This document shows positions 10,144 through 20,382 of a stretch of 64,000 bases of DNA, piece after piece (within the stretch, counting starts at the first letter, position 1; every line of letters starts with the position of its first letter). Below the pieces are notes generated by a model. That model had not been told where the DNA came from and ran no database searches. It saw only the letters and a list, made by a program, of their open reading frames with translations. Made by a program: the position numbers and the translations under genes. This DNA comes from an uncultured candidatus Brocadiaceae bacterium (GTDB taxonomy: Bacteria > Planctomycetota > Brocadiia > SM23-32). The stretch covers positions 7,327 through 71,326 of the forward strand of contig CAZFSS010000013.1 of assembly GCA_964521715.1 (NCBI GenBank), in the 5' to 3' direction.

Positions 10144-10440
10144 CTACCGGCCGGCCGGAGGAGGCGCGGTCAGGACGTCCGACGCGTCTGCCGTTAGTTC
10201 GGGGCGCTCGCTCCAGGCAGCGCGGACGGCGTCCAGGATCCGGCCCTCCGGGAACTCGCTCTGCGCTCCCACGCCCACCTGCGCCCGCTCGAGCGCCCCC
10301 TGGAAGGCGTTCATTGCGTGCGCGAGAGCATCCGCCCGGCGACCGGCCGCCTGCGACCAGAGGACGGCGCACGCGCAGGCCGCCAACCACACGGCCGCCA
10401 GCAGTCCGATGACCACGAGCCGTACGCGCGCACGCGACAT
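10144..10440 (-). CDS. Small membrane-anchored hypothetical protein, last gene of the PilMNO-like block
   Basis: Internal start MSRARVRLVVIGLLAAVWLAACA gives a single TM helix. Its position suggests a PilP-like or accessory protein. Support is weak. Confidence 0.3.
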   Translation of the reverse strand: MSRARVRLVVIGLLAAVWLAACACAVLWSQAAGRRADALAHAMNAFQGALERAQVGVGAQSEFPEGRILDAVRAAWSERPELTADASDVLTAPPPAGR

Positions 10441-10453
10441 CCGCCGTCCCCTC

Positions 10454-11257
10454 CTATTCGAAATCCAGCACGCCCAGGCCAAGCGTCACGTCCACTCGAT
10501 CCGCGTTCCCTGACGCCACCTCCAGCGACCGCAGGACGAAGCAGGGATAACCCGGAGGCGCTGCGGCGACTACGTCGAGGACGCGGGGCAGACCGCCGGA
10601 GGGCACACTGAACTGCAGCGTGACGGGCCAGACCGCATACCGCAGGGCTTCCACGCCCGCCTCTGCCCGGACTGGCGGGCCGGGCCGTGCAACCGGTCCG
10701 CCGATCGCGATCTGGGTGAGCGCGCAGGAACGCAGCGGACCGAACAGGGCCACGACCGCCTCCGCGATGCAGGCGTTCTTCTCGATGCGGTCGAGCTCTT
10801 CCCTGGGCGGCTCTCGTCCGGGCGACTCCCAGTCGTAAGCGGGCAGCAGCGTCCCGCCGGCGCTCCCTCTGGCGGCGGCGCGCAAGCGGTCTTTGAAGGC
10901 GGCGTAGTTGCGCTTCACGCGCGCAGGATCCCCCGTGTATGCCTCCAGCAGGTTGCCCTCGATTGCAAGATCACGGCGGACGTAGTAGCTGCGCAGACGC
11001 CCGTACTCGTCCCGCATGCCGGCCGTGTAGTCGCGCTCCGCAGCGATGCGTTGCCGCGTGGGAAGGATGGACATGTCCAGCCACCGGCCGAGCCTATCCT
11101 GTGCCTGTTCCAGCCGCTTCATGTCCGCGTCAGCCGCTGCCATGACGGGATGCAGCCGCAGCACGGCGAAGAGCACCGCGCCGGCGTAGAGGACCACCAG
11201 CGCCAGGTCCCACAGGCAGCGTTTCAGGTTTGTCCCTCGCATCGCGTCCGCCCTCAC
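10454..11257 (-). CDS. PilO-like pilus-assembly protein (N-terminal TM helix, coiled coil, C-terminal beta domain)
   Basis: TM helix (LWDLALVVLYAGAVLFAVL), a coiled-coil segment and a C-terminal beta-rich region. Its ATG overlaps the upstream stop codon (ATGA). Confidence 0.4.
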   Translation of the reverse strand: MRADAMRGTNLKRCLWDLALVVLYAGAVLFAVLRLHPVMAAADADMKRLEQAQDRLGRWLDMSILPTRQRIAAERDYTAGMRDEYGRLRSYYVRRDLAIEGNLLEAYTGDPARVKRNYAAFKDRLRAAARGSAGGTLLPAYDWESPGREPPREELDRIEKNACIAEAVVALFGPLRSCALTQIAIGGPVARPGPPVRAEAGVEALRYAVWPVTLQFSVPSGGLPRVLDVVAAAPPGYPCFVLRSLEVASGNADRVDVTLGLGVLDFE

Positions 11258-13158
11258 CGGCTTTCGGGACCCAGTATCTGGGCCGTCGTTGGAGGCGCCG
11301 CGCCTGGCACTTCGAACGCGACCACGAACTGCGAAGTCGGCTGGTCATAGTGCGCGGGCATGACGCGCGACACAACGCATTCGGCCTCGGCGTCGTCCTC
11401 GGCGAACGGACGGCTCAGCCTGATCTCCCCAGGCGACACCACGTCGGCGATGGGGTACCAGGGGCCGTCAGGAAGCGTCTTGATGAGGTCGCCTCGCCTC
11501 AGCACCTCCGTCCAGCCGGCGGCCTCGCACGTGACGGCCGTCCTCCTCTTGCGGAACGATGCCTTGCCGTTCGCCTTCGCCAGGGCGGGCGTGTTGCGCA
11601 GCGTCTCCAGCAGCCCTGTCATGAAAAGCTCGTGGGCCTGCAGGCGCGTGCCGCCCGGCGGGATACTCACAGTGCCGATGGCGCGCCCCGTCAGCCAGGG
11701 CCGAGAGACCTCGCCTTCGGCCGCCCCTTCGGCAGTTCGGGACTCGCCGCAACTGAGCGATGACAGACGGAACGTGTAGCCGGAATCGCCCCCGGCCGCT
11801 GCACAGGCATGCAACACGCCGTTCAGGATGTCGACCACCTGATGCTTGCCTGCCGCAGCGGCGGCAAGATACCGGACCTCGGCCTCCAGTGCGGACCTGT
11901 CCGAGGCCTCCGTCAGCTCTCGTCCCATCTCCGTTACCTGGCCGGCAAGCAGATCGTACTTTGGCAGCGGGCCCTCCACCGCTCGCAGAGCCCTCAGGCC
12001 GAAGCCGTAGAGGGACAGCACGATCGCCCAGGCCGCCACCGCCACTGCAAGTGCCAGGCTCCTGCCGAATGAGGCGCGCGCCTCGATGGTCTCCGCAGCC
12101 GGAAGGAACGAGACGCACGTCACGTCGTCCTTCAGCCCGGCGAGGGCCGCGCCCGTCGCGACGGCCAGGCGGTCCAGGTTCGCGCGGACGAAGTCCGAGT
12201 CGGCCCGCCGTGAGATCGCCACGCGGCTGAGCTCGCCCAGGCTCTGGAGTTCGGCGCCAATGGCGGAACTGAGCTGCCTCCTGAGCCCTGGCAGCCTTGC
12301 CGTCCCGCCGCAGACGTACGCCGCCCGGTACTCGGGCGGTTCCTCAGCGCCCCGCAGATGGGCCAAGTCCGCCGCTACCCGTCGGGACAGCTCCGCCAAC
12401 GTGGGGCGAAGCGCGGCAGCGATCTGGCGCGCGCGCGGCGACCGGGCTATGTTCAGCTTGACCCGTTCCGCCGCATCGAAGTCCAGGCGAAGCGCTTCCT
12501 GCAGCCGTTCCGTCATCCGGTTGCCGCCGAAGAACACGTGGCGCATCCGGAACCAGCCGTTCTCCATCAACACCAGGCTCGTGTTCTCCGCCCCGACGTC
12601 CAGGGCCAGGGCCGGGCCCTCTGCTCCCGCTTCGGAGCTCAGAAGCACGGCCAGAGCCAGAGGCGACACTGTGACCAGGTCGACCTGCCGGAGCTTCAGC
12701 TCCCGGAACCCGCGGAGGTAGGACTCCACAACGCCCCTGTTGATCGCCGCGAGCAGGCCGCGCCGGTCCGCGTCCTCCGGCCCTGGGGGGAAAAGCGTAT
12801 AGCCCCACAGCACGTCTTGCAGGCCGAATGGGACCCTGGCCTCGGCCTCCCGGCGGACGGCCTGCTCAAGATCGCCCTCCGCGCCCGCCGGCAGCAGGAA
12901 TTCGTGGACAAAGACGTTCTGGGCCGGGATGGCAACGCACAGGCGCCCCTTGTGCACGCCGTGCCTTTGCTGGAAGGCCGAGAGCGCCTGCCACAACCGC
13001 GCGTCCTTGGCAAGCTCGGCGGCGTCGCCCGGCGGAGGGCCTTCGAGCGGGATGATGTCTGCGTCCAGTATCTCGGCATCGGCCCCGGCCGCCCGAAGCA
13101 GCACCGCCTTCACGGCGGAACGGCCAAGATCGAAGCCCCAGGCTTCTCGCGCAAGCAT
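11254..13158 (-). CDS. PilM-PilN fusion-like protein: actin-like ATPase PilM domain + TM helix + periplasmic domain
   Basis: N-terminal PilM/FtsA-like fold (FDLGRSAVKAVLL...LDVGAENTSLVL...YVCGGTARLPGL), a TM helix (LALAVAVAAWAIVLSLYGF) at about aa 360-385, and about 250 aa of C-terminal extracytoplasmic sequence. Confidence 0.6.
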   Translation of the reverse strand: MLAREAWGFDLGRSAVKAVLLRAAGADAEILDADIIPLEGPPPGDAAELAKDARLWQALSAFQQRHGVHKGRLCVAIPAQNVFVHEFLLPAGAEGDLEQAVRREAEARVPFGLQDVLWGYTLFPPGPEDADRRGLLAAINRGVVESYLRGFRELKLRQVDLVTVSPLALAVLLSSEAGAEGPALALDVGAENTSLVLMENGWFRMRHVFFGGNRMTERLQEALRLDFDAAERVKLNIARSPRARQIAAALRPTLAELSRRVAADLAHLRGAEEPPEYRAAYVCGGTARLPGLRRQLSSAIGAELQSLGELSRVAISRRADSDFVRANLDRLAVATGAALAGLKDDVTCVSFLPAAETIEARASFGRSLALAVAVAAWAIVLSLYGFGLRALRAVEGPLPKYDLLAGQVTEMGRELTEASDRSALEAEVRYLAAAAAGKHQVVDILNGVLHACAAAGGDSGYTFRLSSLSCGESRTAEGAAEGEVSRPWLTGRAIGTVSIPPGGTRLQAHELFMTGLLETLRNTPALAKANGKASFRKRRTAVTCEAAGWTEVLRRGDLIKTLPDGPWYPIADVVSPGEIRLSRPFAEDDAEAECVVSRVMPAHYDQPTSQFVVAFEVPGAAPPTTAQILGPESR

Positions 13159-13288
13159 CGGCGTCCCTGGCTTCAGAGCACTCCGCTATGGACCGGATCC
13201 CGAGGTCCGGGCGCGCCCATGTTACCAGAAAGCTCCGGTCCTGGGAATACCGGCGAAGAGGGGATTCGCGCGAGGTTGGATGCGCGGC

Positions 13289-15595
13289 CTACTCGCTCCG
13301 GTCGGACGTGCCCAAGCCGCCCTCCGGCGCAGCGGCCACGCTGCGCAGCGCGTCTCTGACGTTGCGCTGTTCATCCTGCGTCAGACGATGTCCGCCGAAC
13401 CGCACCCGGTAGTAGAGGTCCGTGACGAGGTCGATGGCTCGAAGTATGCGGCCATCGTAAGCTTCGGATGCTGCCATCCTTGCGTCCGCCGCCCGTGCCA
13501 GCTCCCGGGGCGTGACGTGGGGCGGCCGGGGGAGGCCCCGCTTCCGAAGCAGCACAAGCAGTTCCTCGTAGAACGCGGGGGGACGGCCAGCCCGCAAGCC
13601 CCGCCAGCGCCATCCGAACCTGGGAGCCCAGGTAGTGGCCAGCAGGTACGCCGAGGCCACCACGACCGCCGTCGAGAGCACCGCCGCCGCTACGCGCAGC
13701 CACCCGAAGGACAGCAGCACCAGCGCGAGGCCACGTGCGACTTCGCCGGCTCCCGTCGCGAACGCCCGGGCAGAGGCCGTGAGAGCAGCCAGCACTCGCC
13801 GCTGCTGCCTCCTGTTGTAGCCGATCACGCTGCTGTTCCACTTCATGGCCGCCAGGAAGTAGAGGCGTCCGGTCACGCTAGATATGCGCTCCACCATCCG
13901 GCCGAAGATGCCCAGGTTGGCGACGTGCCTCCTCTCGGCGCTCTCGGTGCCGGGAGTGGGATCGAACTCCACCCATCCCAGCCCGCTGAAGTACACTTCC
14001 ACCCACGCGTGCGCGTGCTTGTCGCGGAACAGGTAAGTGCCGCTGGAAGGATCAAACTCGCCGCTCTTGAATCCGATGACCAGCCGCGTCGGTATGCCCC
14101 ACACGCGCAGTATGAGCGCCAGTGCAGTCGAGAACTGCTCGCAGCTGCCGCGATGCGTGGTGGTCAGGAACGCTTCGATTGGGTCCTGCTCGCCGAACTC
14201 CGGCAGGTCGAGCGTGTACGTGAACCTGTTGGTATCCATCAGGTAGCTCTGTGCGGCCACGACGTGTCCGTAGTCGCTTGAGGGCGCGTAGAGGCTGTCG
14301 ATCTCGGCGGCCGTGCGCTCCAACGTCGGCCTGAGGGAGGTGGGAATGTCCCAGAAAAAATAGCACGGGCCTGCCAGACGAGGCGCCCGCGCCAGGCGGA
14401 GCTGTTCCGCCGTGAATTCCGGCACGACCGACACGACCTCGTACGGCTGGCCTGGCCTGACTACGTCGCCGTAGAGCAGGTCATTGGACAGCGGTTCCGG
14501 AACCTCCCTCTGGGGCAGGCCTTGCACCTCCACGGGGCGGTAGAGGAAGAACAGACGATGCATGCCCCTCGATTCATACGTTACATCCTGCCGGATGAGC
14601 TGACGAGGGACGTCCGTGTCCTCTAGCCGGTAGACGGAAGTGGACCTGAACTCCTGGAAAGCCCTTCCGGACGCTCGCGCGTCGCTCGTGTCAGCAAGGC
14701 GCTGTGCGGTACCGTAATCGAACCACTGTCCGTCGCGGTACAGCGGGCGGGAAGCACCGCGCATCAAGAGACGGGGCGGCTTTACGGGCGTGCCGTTCGG
14801 CCTGTCCGCCGCGGTGAACTTCACCCGCAGCACCGCGCTGTTGCCCTGACGCATGCGGCCCACGTCATACAGCGAGATGTTCTCGGAGAAAGCAGTCACG
14901 AGCGCCGGCAGCGGCCGCCAGTCCCAGAGGATCGCGGCCCGCGGCAGGATGATGAACAGCACGGCGGTGCACGCAAACACCGAAGCGACGGGCAGCCAGA
15001 GCGCTGACACCAGATCTTGCCACGCCCCGGCCTGTCCCGCACGGTCCGCTGCAGCCGCTCCCGCGACGTCGGAGGCAGGGAACAGCTCCATCGCTATCAG
15101 GTTCGCCATCAGGCAGAGGCCGGCCAGGACGAACATGGGCAGGTAGGCGAGATCGAACGCCCAGACGCCCGCCACCAGTCCCTCAAAGACGGCCACAACC
15201 TGGATCAGCCGGATGTCCCGCGTCGGGCGAGGGCCGTAGACCTTCAGCACTTGCACTAGGATCAGGAAGTGGGCCAGCCCATAGCTGAGGTGCACGTCTG
15301 CGGCCACGGCCTGGATCAAGCCGAAGGCAAGGGCCGCAAGGGCAAGCAGCATGTCCGCCCGCGTGGATACGAGCGGCGGCCCGGTCGGACCCACGATGAC
15401 GGCATGCGCACCGCAGAGAACCAGGACGACGAACACGTACTGCCACGAGTGCTCTGCAACGGCCAGCAGAAGCGCGCCCGTCATGATGACGGCGTAGGTG
15501 GTGAGAAGCGTCGGCCAGTTCCCGGCCCCGCCGGCCCACGCCGCCTCCGCTTCGTTGGCTTCAGGTGACGAATATGTCATCGAACTGGGGCTCAC
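13289..15595 (-). CDS. Transglutaminase-like membrane protein (TgpA-like: DUF3488 N-terminal TM region + transglutaminase core)
   Basis: N-terminal multi-TM region, then the catalytic triad context GSCEQFSTALALILRVWGIPTRLVIGF ... HAWVEVYFSGLGWVEFDPT. Confidence 0.85.
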   Translation of the reverse strand: MSPSSMTYSSPEANEAEAAWAGGAGNWPTLLTTYAVIMTGALLLAVAEHSWQYVFVVLVLCGAHAVIVGPTGPPLVSTRADMLLALAALAFGLIQAVAADVHLSYGLAHFLILVQVLKVYGPRPTRDIRLIQVVAVFEGLVAGVWAFDLAYLPMFVLAGLCLMANLIAMELFPASDVAGAAAADRAGQAGAWQDLVSALWLPVASVFACTAVLFIILPRAAILWDWRPLPALVTAFSENISLYDVGRMRQGNSAVLRVKFTAADRPNGTPVKPPRLLMRGASRPLYRDGQWFDYGTAQRLADTSDARASGRAFQEFRSTSVYRLEDTDVPRQLIRQDVTYESRGMHRLFFLYRPVEVQGLPQREVPEPLSNDLLYGDVVRPGQPYEVVSVVPEFTAEQLRLARAPRLAGPCYFFWDIPTSLRPTLERTAAEIDSLYAPSSDYGHVVAAQSYLMDTNRFTYTLDLPEFGEQDPIEAFLTTTHRGSCEQFSTALALILRVWGIPTRLVIGFKSGEFDPSSGTYLFRDKHAHAWVEVYFSGLGWVEFDPTPGTESAERRHVANLGIFGRMVERISSVTGRLYFLAAMKWNSSVIGYNRRQQRRVLAALTASARAFATGAGEVARGLALVLLSFGWLRVAAAVLSTAVVVASAYLLATTWAPRFGWRWRGLRAGRPPAFYEELLVLLRKRGLPRPPHVTPRELARAADARMAASEAYDGRILRAIDLVTDLYYRVRFGGHRLTQDEQRNVRDALRSVAAAPEGGLGTSDRSE

Positions 15596-16919
15596 TGACG
15601 TCTATGAAAACCGAGCAGCCGGCCAGCGGACCGAGCACGGCCTCCTTCTCGTCGGCGTGCAGCGGGCCAGGCGTGATGAGGCAGACGCCGCCTGCTGCGA
15701 CCTGGTGGAGGTTCACCGCGCCGGCCAGGTCGGCAATCGTGTGGTCCGGCGTGGTTTGCGCCAGCGCCAGCACCTCCAGGAGCGAATAGAGATGGCCCTG
15801 GCCCGAATCATAGGGAAGCGAGTTGAGGTTCGGGCAGTAGGAGGCGAAGGCATAGAAGACGTTCCGTTCCCCCAGCAGAGCCGCCATGGACGCCGCGAAG
15901 CTCACCGCCTTCTCGTAGCGCTGCAGCCGGGCTGGTGCGTGCTGCGTGTCTTGCGGCGGCGCGTATGAATCGAGCAGTATCAGAACGCTGTTGATCTCCC
16001 GCCGCTCGAACTCCCGGACGTACAGCTTGTGCAGGCGCGCGCTGGTCACCCAGTGGATGTGGCGCGGATTGTCGCCCGGCTTGTACTCGCGCAGCGACCG
16101 GAACTCCCCCTGCTGGTCCTTGCGTCGGAGTTCCAGCAGCCAGCGCGCCTCGCCGGCCTTGTGACGCAGCAGCGCTTCCTCCTTGATGAACCCCATGCGA
16201 GGCAGGACCAGGACCTCCCGCTCGGACTGGATCTCCACGGCGGCTTCCACCATGCCGAAGGGGAAACGCGTCGCCACCGTGATGGGACGCGTCCTGTGCA
16301 TCCCCCGATCAGGGAAGTACTGGCGCAGCAGCACCGAGCGGCCCTGTCCGGGGGCCAGCTTGCGGATGGTGTGAACGAGTTGGGGCTCCGGGCCGTCGTT
16401 TCCGTCACGGCTGACCCTGAGCCCGAACGCGCTCAGGCCGCCCCACGCCGTCTTCTGGTTCCGGACGGCTACCTCCACGCGAAACGGGTCGCCCGCAAAG
16501 ACGTGCTCCGGCATGTCCCAATCGGCTCTCGTCTGCCTGAGCATCAAGGCGGGAAGGACGATCGCGCAGACCCCCATTCCCAGCAGGAACGCAGCCGTTA
16601 GGTACACCAGATTCATGCCCCACTGAAGCGAGGCGAAGCAGAACGTCAGGCCCACGCAGCAGTACACGAGGCCCCAGGGCGTGAGTCGATAGCGGAAGCG
16701 AAGCCTCGTCTTCGGGGCGGCCTTGAGGACGAGCGATGAGACGAAGACGCTCACGAACTGCCATACCACGACCGTAAGGAGTATGAGAAGCGCGCTCTCG
16801 CGGTCGCCCAGGATCAACAGAGGGGGGACGCTCAGGCACGCGGCAATCCACAGGATGAGGCCCACCAGTCTGGTGAGCCGCGAGAGGCGGGCCAGGACCC
16901 CTTTGCCGACCTCTGACAT
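15561..16919 (-). CDS. DUF58 (vWA-like) family protein with N-terminal TM helices
   Basis: REYKPGDNPRHIHWVTSARLHKLYVREF is the DUF58 signature. It sits between MoxR and TgpA as in the canonical triad. Confidence 0.85.
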   Translation of the reverse strand: MSEVGKGVLARLSRLTRLVGLILWIAACLSVPPLLILGDRESALLILLTVVVWQFVSVFVSSLVLKAAPKTRLRFRYRLTPWGLVYCCVGLTFCFASLQWGMNLVYLTAAFLLGMGVCAIVLPALMLRQTRADWDMPEHVFAGDPFRVEVAVRNQKTAWGGLSAFGLRVSRDGNDGPEPQLVHTIRKLAPGQGRSVLLRQYFPDRGMHRTRPITVATRFPFGMVEAAVEIQSEREVLVLPRMGFIKEEALLRHKAGEARWLLELRRKDQQGEFRSLREYKPGDNPRHIHWVTSARLHKLYVREFERREINSVLILLDSYAPPQDTQHAPARLQRYEKAVSFAASMAALLGERNVFYAFASYCPNLNSLPYDSGQGHLYSLLEVLALAQTTPDHTIADLAGAVNLHQVAAGGVCLITPGPLHADEKEAVLGPLAGCSVFIDVSEPQFDDIFVT

Positions 16920-16961
16920 ACGGCCTCCCGCACTGCGTGCGGCGTCGCCAGCGGCCGCCCG

Positions 16962-17933
16962 CTACAGGGGCACGGGGATTTGCTGCAGCACGTCCCGTAC
17001 GATGCGGGCCGCCTCCTCGAAGCCGCCGCCCGGTCCGCCGGCCCCACGATGCAGGCGCATTCTGTGCGACAGAACAGACACGGCCAACTCCTTGACGTCG
17101 TCGGGCTCAACGTAGTCCCTGCGCCTGAGCAGGGCGAGAGCCTGCGAGGCCCTATAGAGGTGAACGCCTCCGCGAGGGCTGACCCCTGTGACGACGCCCT
17201 CGTGCGTCCGCGTTGCCTCTACCAGGCGGATCACGTAGTCCAGGACTTCTTCCGCCACGCGCACGCGCCGCACCTGCACCTGGAGCTCAACCATGCTCGG
17301 GCCCCGCATCACGGGCATCACGTCCTCGATGGGGTGGGATATGCGCTGAGCCCGCACGATTTCCTTTCCCTGCTCCGTGGTGGGATAGCCGAGGTTCATG
17401 CGCAGGAAGAACCTGTCCAGCTGCGACTCGGGCAGGGGATAAGTTCCTTCGAACTCGAACGGGTTCTGCGTGGCGAGGACGCAGAAAGGCTGCGGCAGCG
17501 GGTGGGTCACGCCGTCCACCGTGATCTGGTACTCGTTCATTGCCTCCAGCAGGCAGCTCTGCGTCTTCGGCGTGGTCCGGTTGATCTCGTCGGCCAGGAC
17601 GATGTTGGCGAAGAGCGGGCCCCGTTTGAACACGAAGCGCGACTTGCTCTCGTCGTAGATGTTGACGCCGAGCAAGTCGGCCGGCAGCAGATCGGGCGTG
17701 AACTGGATTCGCCTGAACTCGCAATCCAGAGCGGACGCGATGGTGTGCGCCAGCATGGTCTTGCCGACGCCTGGCACGTCTTCGATGATCAGATGCCCTC
17801 CTGCCAGCAGCGCCACCAGGGCCAGCTCGACGCGGTCCCTCTTGCCGATGTAAACCTTCTCGATCTCCTCGATCAGCCGGCGGATGGCGTCTGCGGAAAC
17901 GTCCACGTCCGGGGACTTCGTCTCACTCTCCAT
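16962..17933 (-). CDS. moxR: MoxR-family AAA+ ATPase
   Basis: Walker A DVPGVGKT, Walker B LADEINR, sensor regions, and the MoxR-typical C-terminal domain. Length is 323 aa. Confidence 0.92.
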   Translation of the reverse strand: MESETKSPDVDVSADAIRRLIEEIEKVYIGKRDRVELALVALLAGGHLIIEDVPGVGKTMLAHTIASALDCEFRRIQFTPDLLPADLLGVNIYDESKSRFVFKRGPLFANIVLADEINRTTPKTQSCLLEAMNEYQITVDGVTHPLPQPFCVLATQNPFEFEGTYPLPESQLDRFFLRMNLGYPTTEQGKEIVRAQRISHPIEDVMPVMRGPSMVELQVQVRRVRVAEEVLDYVIRLVEATRTHEGVVTGVSPRGGVHLYRASQALALLRRRDYVEPDDVKELAVSVLSHRMRLHRGAGGPGGGFEEAARIVRDVLQQIPVPL

Positions 17934-18314
17934 CTGCTGCTCCTACAGGGGAGAGACAGGGCGCCATCCATGCACGGCCGTTCGTTGGAGCGGTCAACGT
18001 CGGGCGGGCCAACGCATGCCTGCGCCGCACTTCAGTATATGCCAGGCCGGCGGCAAGCGCAACATCAAGGGCTTAAGCGCTTGACCGGCAAGGCGATACG
18101 CTGAGCCCCGACCGCATGCGCCGGACCGGCTAGCCCGCACTGAGCACAGCCCGGCTGCCGGCACGGCCAGAAGAAGCTTGATTTCGACCCCCTTGTCTCC
18201 GATAATTGGTGCAGCGCGCCTCCTGGTGGCGCGTTTCCTTCTTCTGGTCATTTTCGGACGACTCCACGGTACTGCCGCAGAGGGCGCGGATCCCGCCGGC
18301 CGACGGAGGCACAG

Positions 18315-20297
18315 ATGCGCATCGGCGTGGCCTATTACCCCGAGCACTGGCCCGAGGACCGCTGGCCGGTGGACGCCCGGATGATGCGGGAGACGGGCAT
18401 TGACGTCGTCCGAGTGGGCGAGTTCGCCTGGTCCCGGCTCGAACCCAGACGAGCCCAGTTCGACATGGCATGGCTCGAACGGGCCATCGAGGTGCTCGCC
18501 AGCGAAGGTCTCAAGGTCATCATCTGCACTCCCACCGCCGCGCCGCCGCCCTGGCTGTTCAACCGCCATCCCACCATGGTTCCCCGGGATCCGGAGGGCC
18601 GGGACTGGTTCCCCGGCAGCCGGCGCGACATGTGCCTGAACAGCCGTCCCTACCGCAGGTACGTCCGCCGCATCGTGCGCGAAGTGGCCAAGACGTTCGC
18701 GCACAGGCCCGAGGTCTTCGCCTGGCAGATCGACAACGAGCTGGGCTGTCACGCGAGCGGACGCTGCTACTGCGACGACTGCGAGCAGGCCTTCCGTGAG
18801 TGGCTCATGAGGCGCTACGGGACCATCGGGCGGCTGAACAAGCAGTGGGGGACCGCCTTCTGGAGCCAGGAGTTCAATGACTGGCATCAGATACCCGCGC
18901 CGCGCCGTACGCCGGCCGGCGTCCATCCATCGCTGATGCTCGACTACCAGCGGTTCATCTCAGCCACGGTCCGAGACTTCGTCCAGGAGCAGCGCGAGCT
19001 CATCGAGGAGCAACCAGGCGGCCAGAAGCCCATAACCACGAACTGCCTGGGCCTGGCGACCGACCAGATAGACCAGTTCTCCCTGGCGCTGCCTCAGGAC
19101 GTCGCCTCTCTCGACAATTACCCCGTCGACGGGTCCGATCTGGACCACGTCTGCCTTCAGCTTGACATGGCTCGTTCGGTCAAGGGCGCTCCGTTCTGGA
19201 TACTGGAGCAACAGGCGGGGGCGACCATGATCCCCGGCAGACGGAGCCAGCCCCGGCCGGGGCAGTTGCGCCTGTGGTCCTATCAGGCGGCCGCGCGCGG
19301 CGCGGAGCTAATCAGCTACTTCCGCTGGCGCACCTGTGCCTTCGCCCAGGAGATGCACTGGTACGGCATGTTGGAGCCGGACGGCACCACAGGGCGCCGC
19401 TACGACGAACTAAAGACAACGATAGCGGAGTTGAAGCAGAAGGCGGAGATGTGGGCGGGGAAGCTGCCCGCTGCGCCCGTCGGCATCGTCCTCGACTACC
19501 ATGCCTACTGGGCTCTGCGGGCCGACTCGATGTCGGCGGACCTGGACTACCTGGGCCAGTTCAGGACGTTCTACGGCTTACTGCGCCGCGCGGGCCTGCC
19601 GGTGGCGATCGTCCGGCCGGGCCAGGACCTGGCGCCCTACAAGGTGGTCGTCGTTCCCATGCCTGTGCTCGGCCGCGCGGACGACGCGAAAGCGTGGCAG
19701 TCCTTCGTGAGCCAGGGGGGGACGCTGCTGGTCACGGCGCCGGCCGGCTACAGAACCGAACAGAACACCTGGCTGATGGGCCCGCCGCCGGGGCCGCTTG
19801 CCGAAGTGCTCGGCGTCGAGGTCGTCGAGCACGACATGCTCAGGGGCGATGCGGGCAACCGCGTGACTCTCGGCGACGCCGAGTATCGCGTGGGCGGCTT
19901 CTGCAGCGTTCTGGAGCTGCGTGGCGCGGAGGCCGTAGCCTCTTACGAAGACGAGTACTACGCGGGCACGCCGGCCGTGACCAGGAGGGGCCACGGCGCC
20001 GGAAGGGCGTACTTCCTGGGAGCGACGGCCGGCCCGGAGCTGTACGGAGGGCTCCTGGAAATGGCGCTCCGCGACTCGGGACTCCGACCGCACCCGTGGA
20101 GCTCCGAGACGGTTGAAACCATCCCCTTGCAGACCGTCGGGGACGAGCCGCCTCTGACTTTCGTGCTCAACCACGGCGCGCAGAGCGCGGACCTGGACCT
20201 GGGGGAGGGGACGGCGTATCGCGACCTGCTGACTGGCCGGGAGCACAGCGGGCGGATGCGTCTGGACGGTTACGGCGTGGTCCTGCTGGCCGGCTGA
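18315..20297 (+). CDS. Glycoside hydrolase family 42 beta-galactosidase
   Basis: GH42 N-terminal TIM-barrel signature (GVAYYPEHWP...RVGEFAWSRLEP), central trimerisation and C-terminal domains. Length is 660 aa. Confidence 0.88.
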   Translation: MRIGVAYYPEHWPEDRWPVDARMMRETGIDVVRVGEFAWSRLEPRRAQFDMAWLERAIEVLASEGLKVIICTPTAAPPPWLFNRHPTMVPRDPEGRDWFPGSRRDMCLNSRPYRRYVRRIVREVAKTFAHRPEVFAWQIDNELGCHASGRCYCDDCEQAFREWLMRRYGTIGRLNKQWGTAFWSQEFNDWHQIPAPRRTPAGVHPSLMLDYQRFISATVRDFVQEQRELIEEQPGGQKPITTNCLGLATDQIDQFSLALPQDVASLDNYPVDGSDLDHVCLQLDMARSVKGAPFWILEQQAGATMIPGRRSQPRPGQLRLWSYQAAARGAELISYFRWRTCAFAQEMHWYGMLEPDGTTGRRYDELKTTIAELKQKAEMWAGKLPAAPVGIVLDYHAYWALRADSMSADLDYLGQFRTFYGLLRRAGLPVAIVRPGQDLAPYKVVVVPMPVLGRADDAKAWQSFVSQGGTLLVTAPAGYRTEQNTWLMGPPPGPLAEVLGVEVVEHDMLRGDAGNRVTLGDAEYRVGGFCSVLELRGAEAVASYEDEYYAGTPAVTRRGHGAGRAYFLGATAGPELYGGLLEMALRDSGLRPHPWSSETVETIPLQTVGDEPPLTFVLNHGAQSADLDLGEGTAYRDLLTGREHSGRMRLDGYGVVLLAG

Positions 20298-20382
20298 GTC
20301 CCGCACGGCGCCGAGCCCGCCTTCAGGTTTGCCTGCGCCGCACTCCGGCGGCCCGAGTGCCTCCAACCAGAGCATCTTTCGC

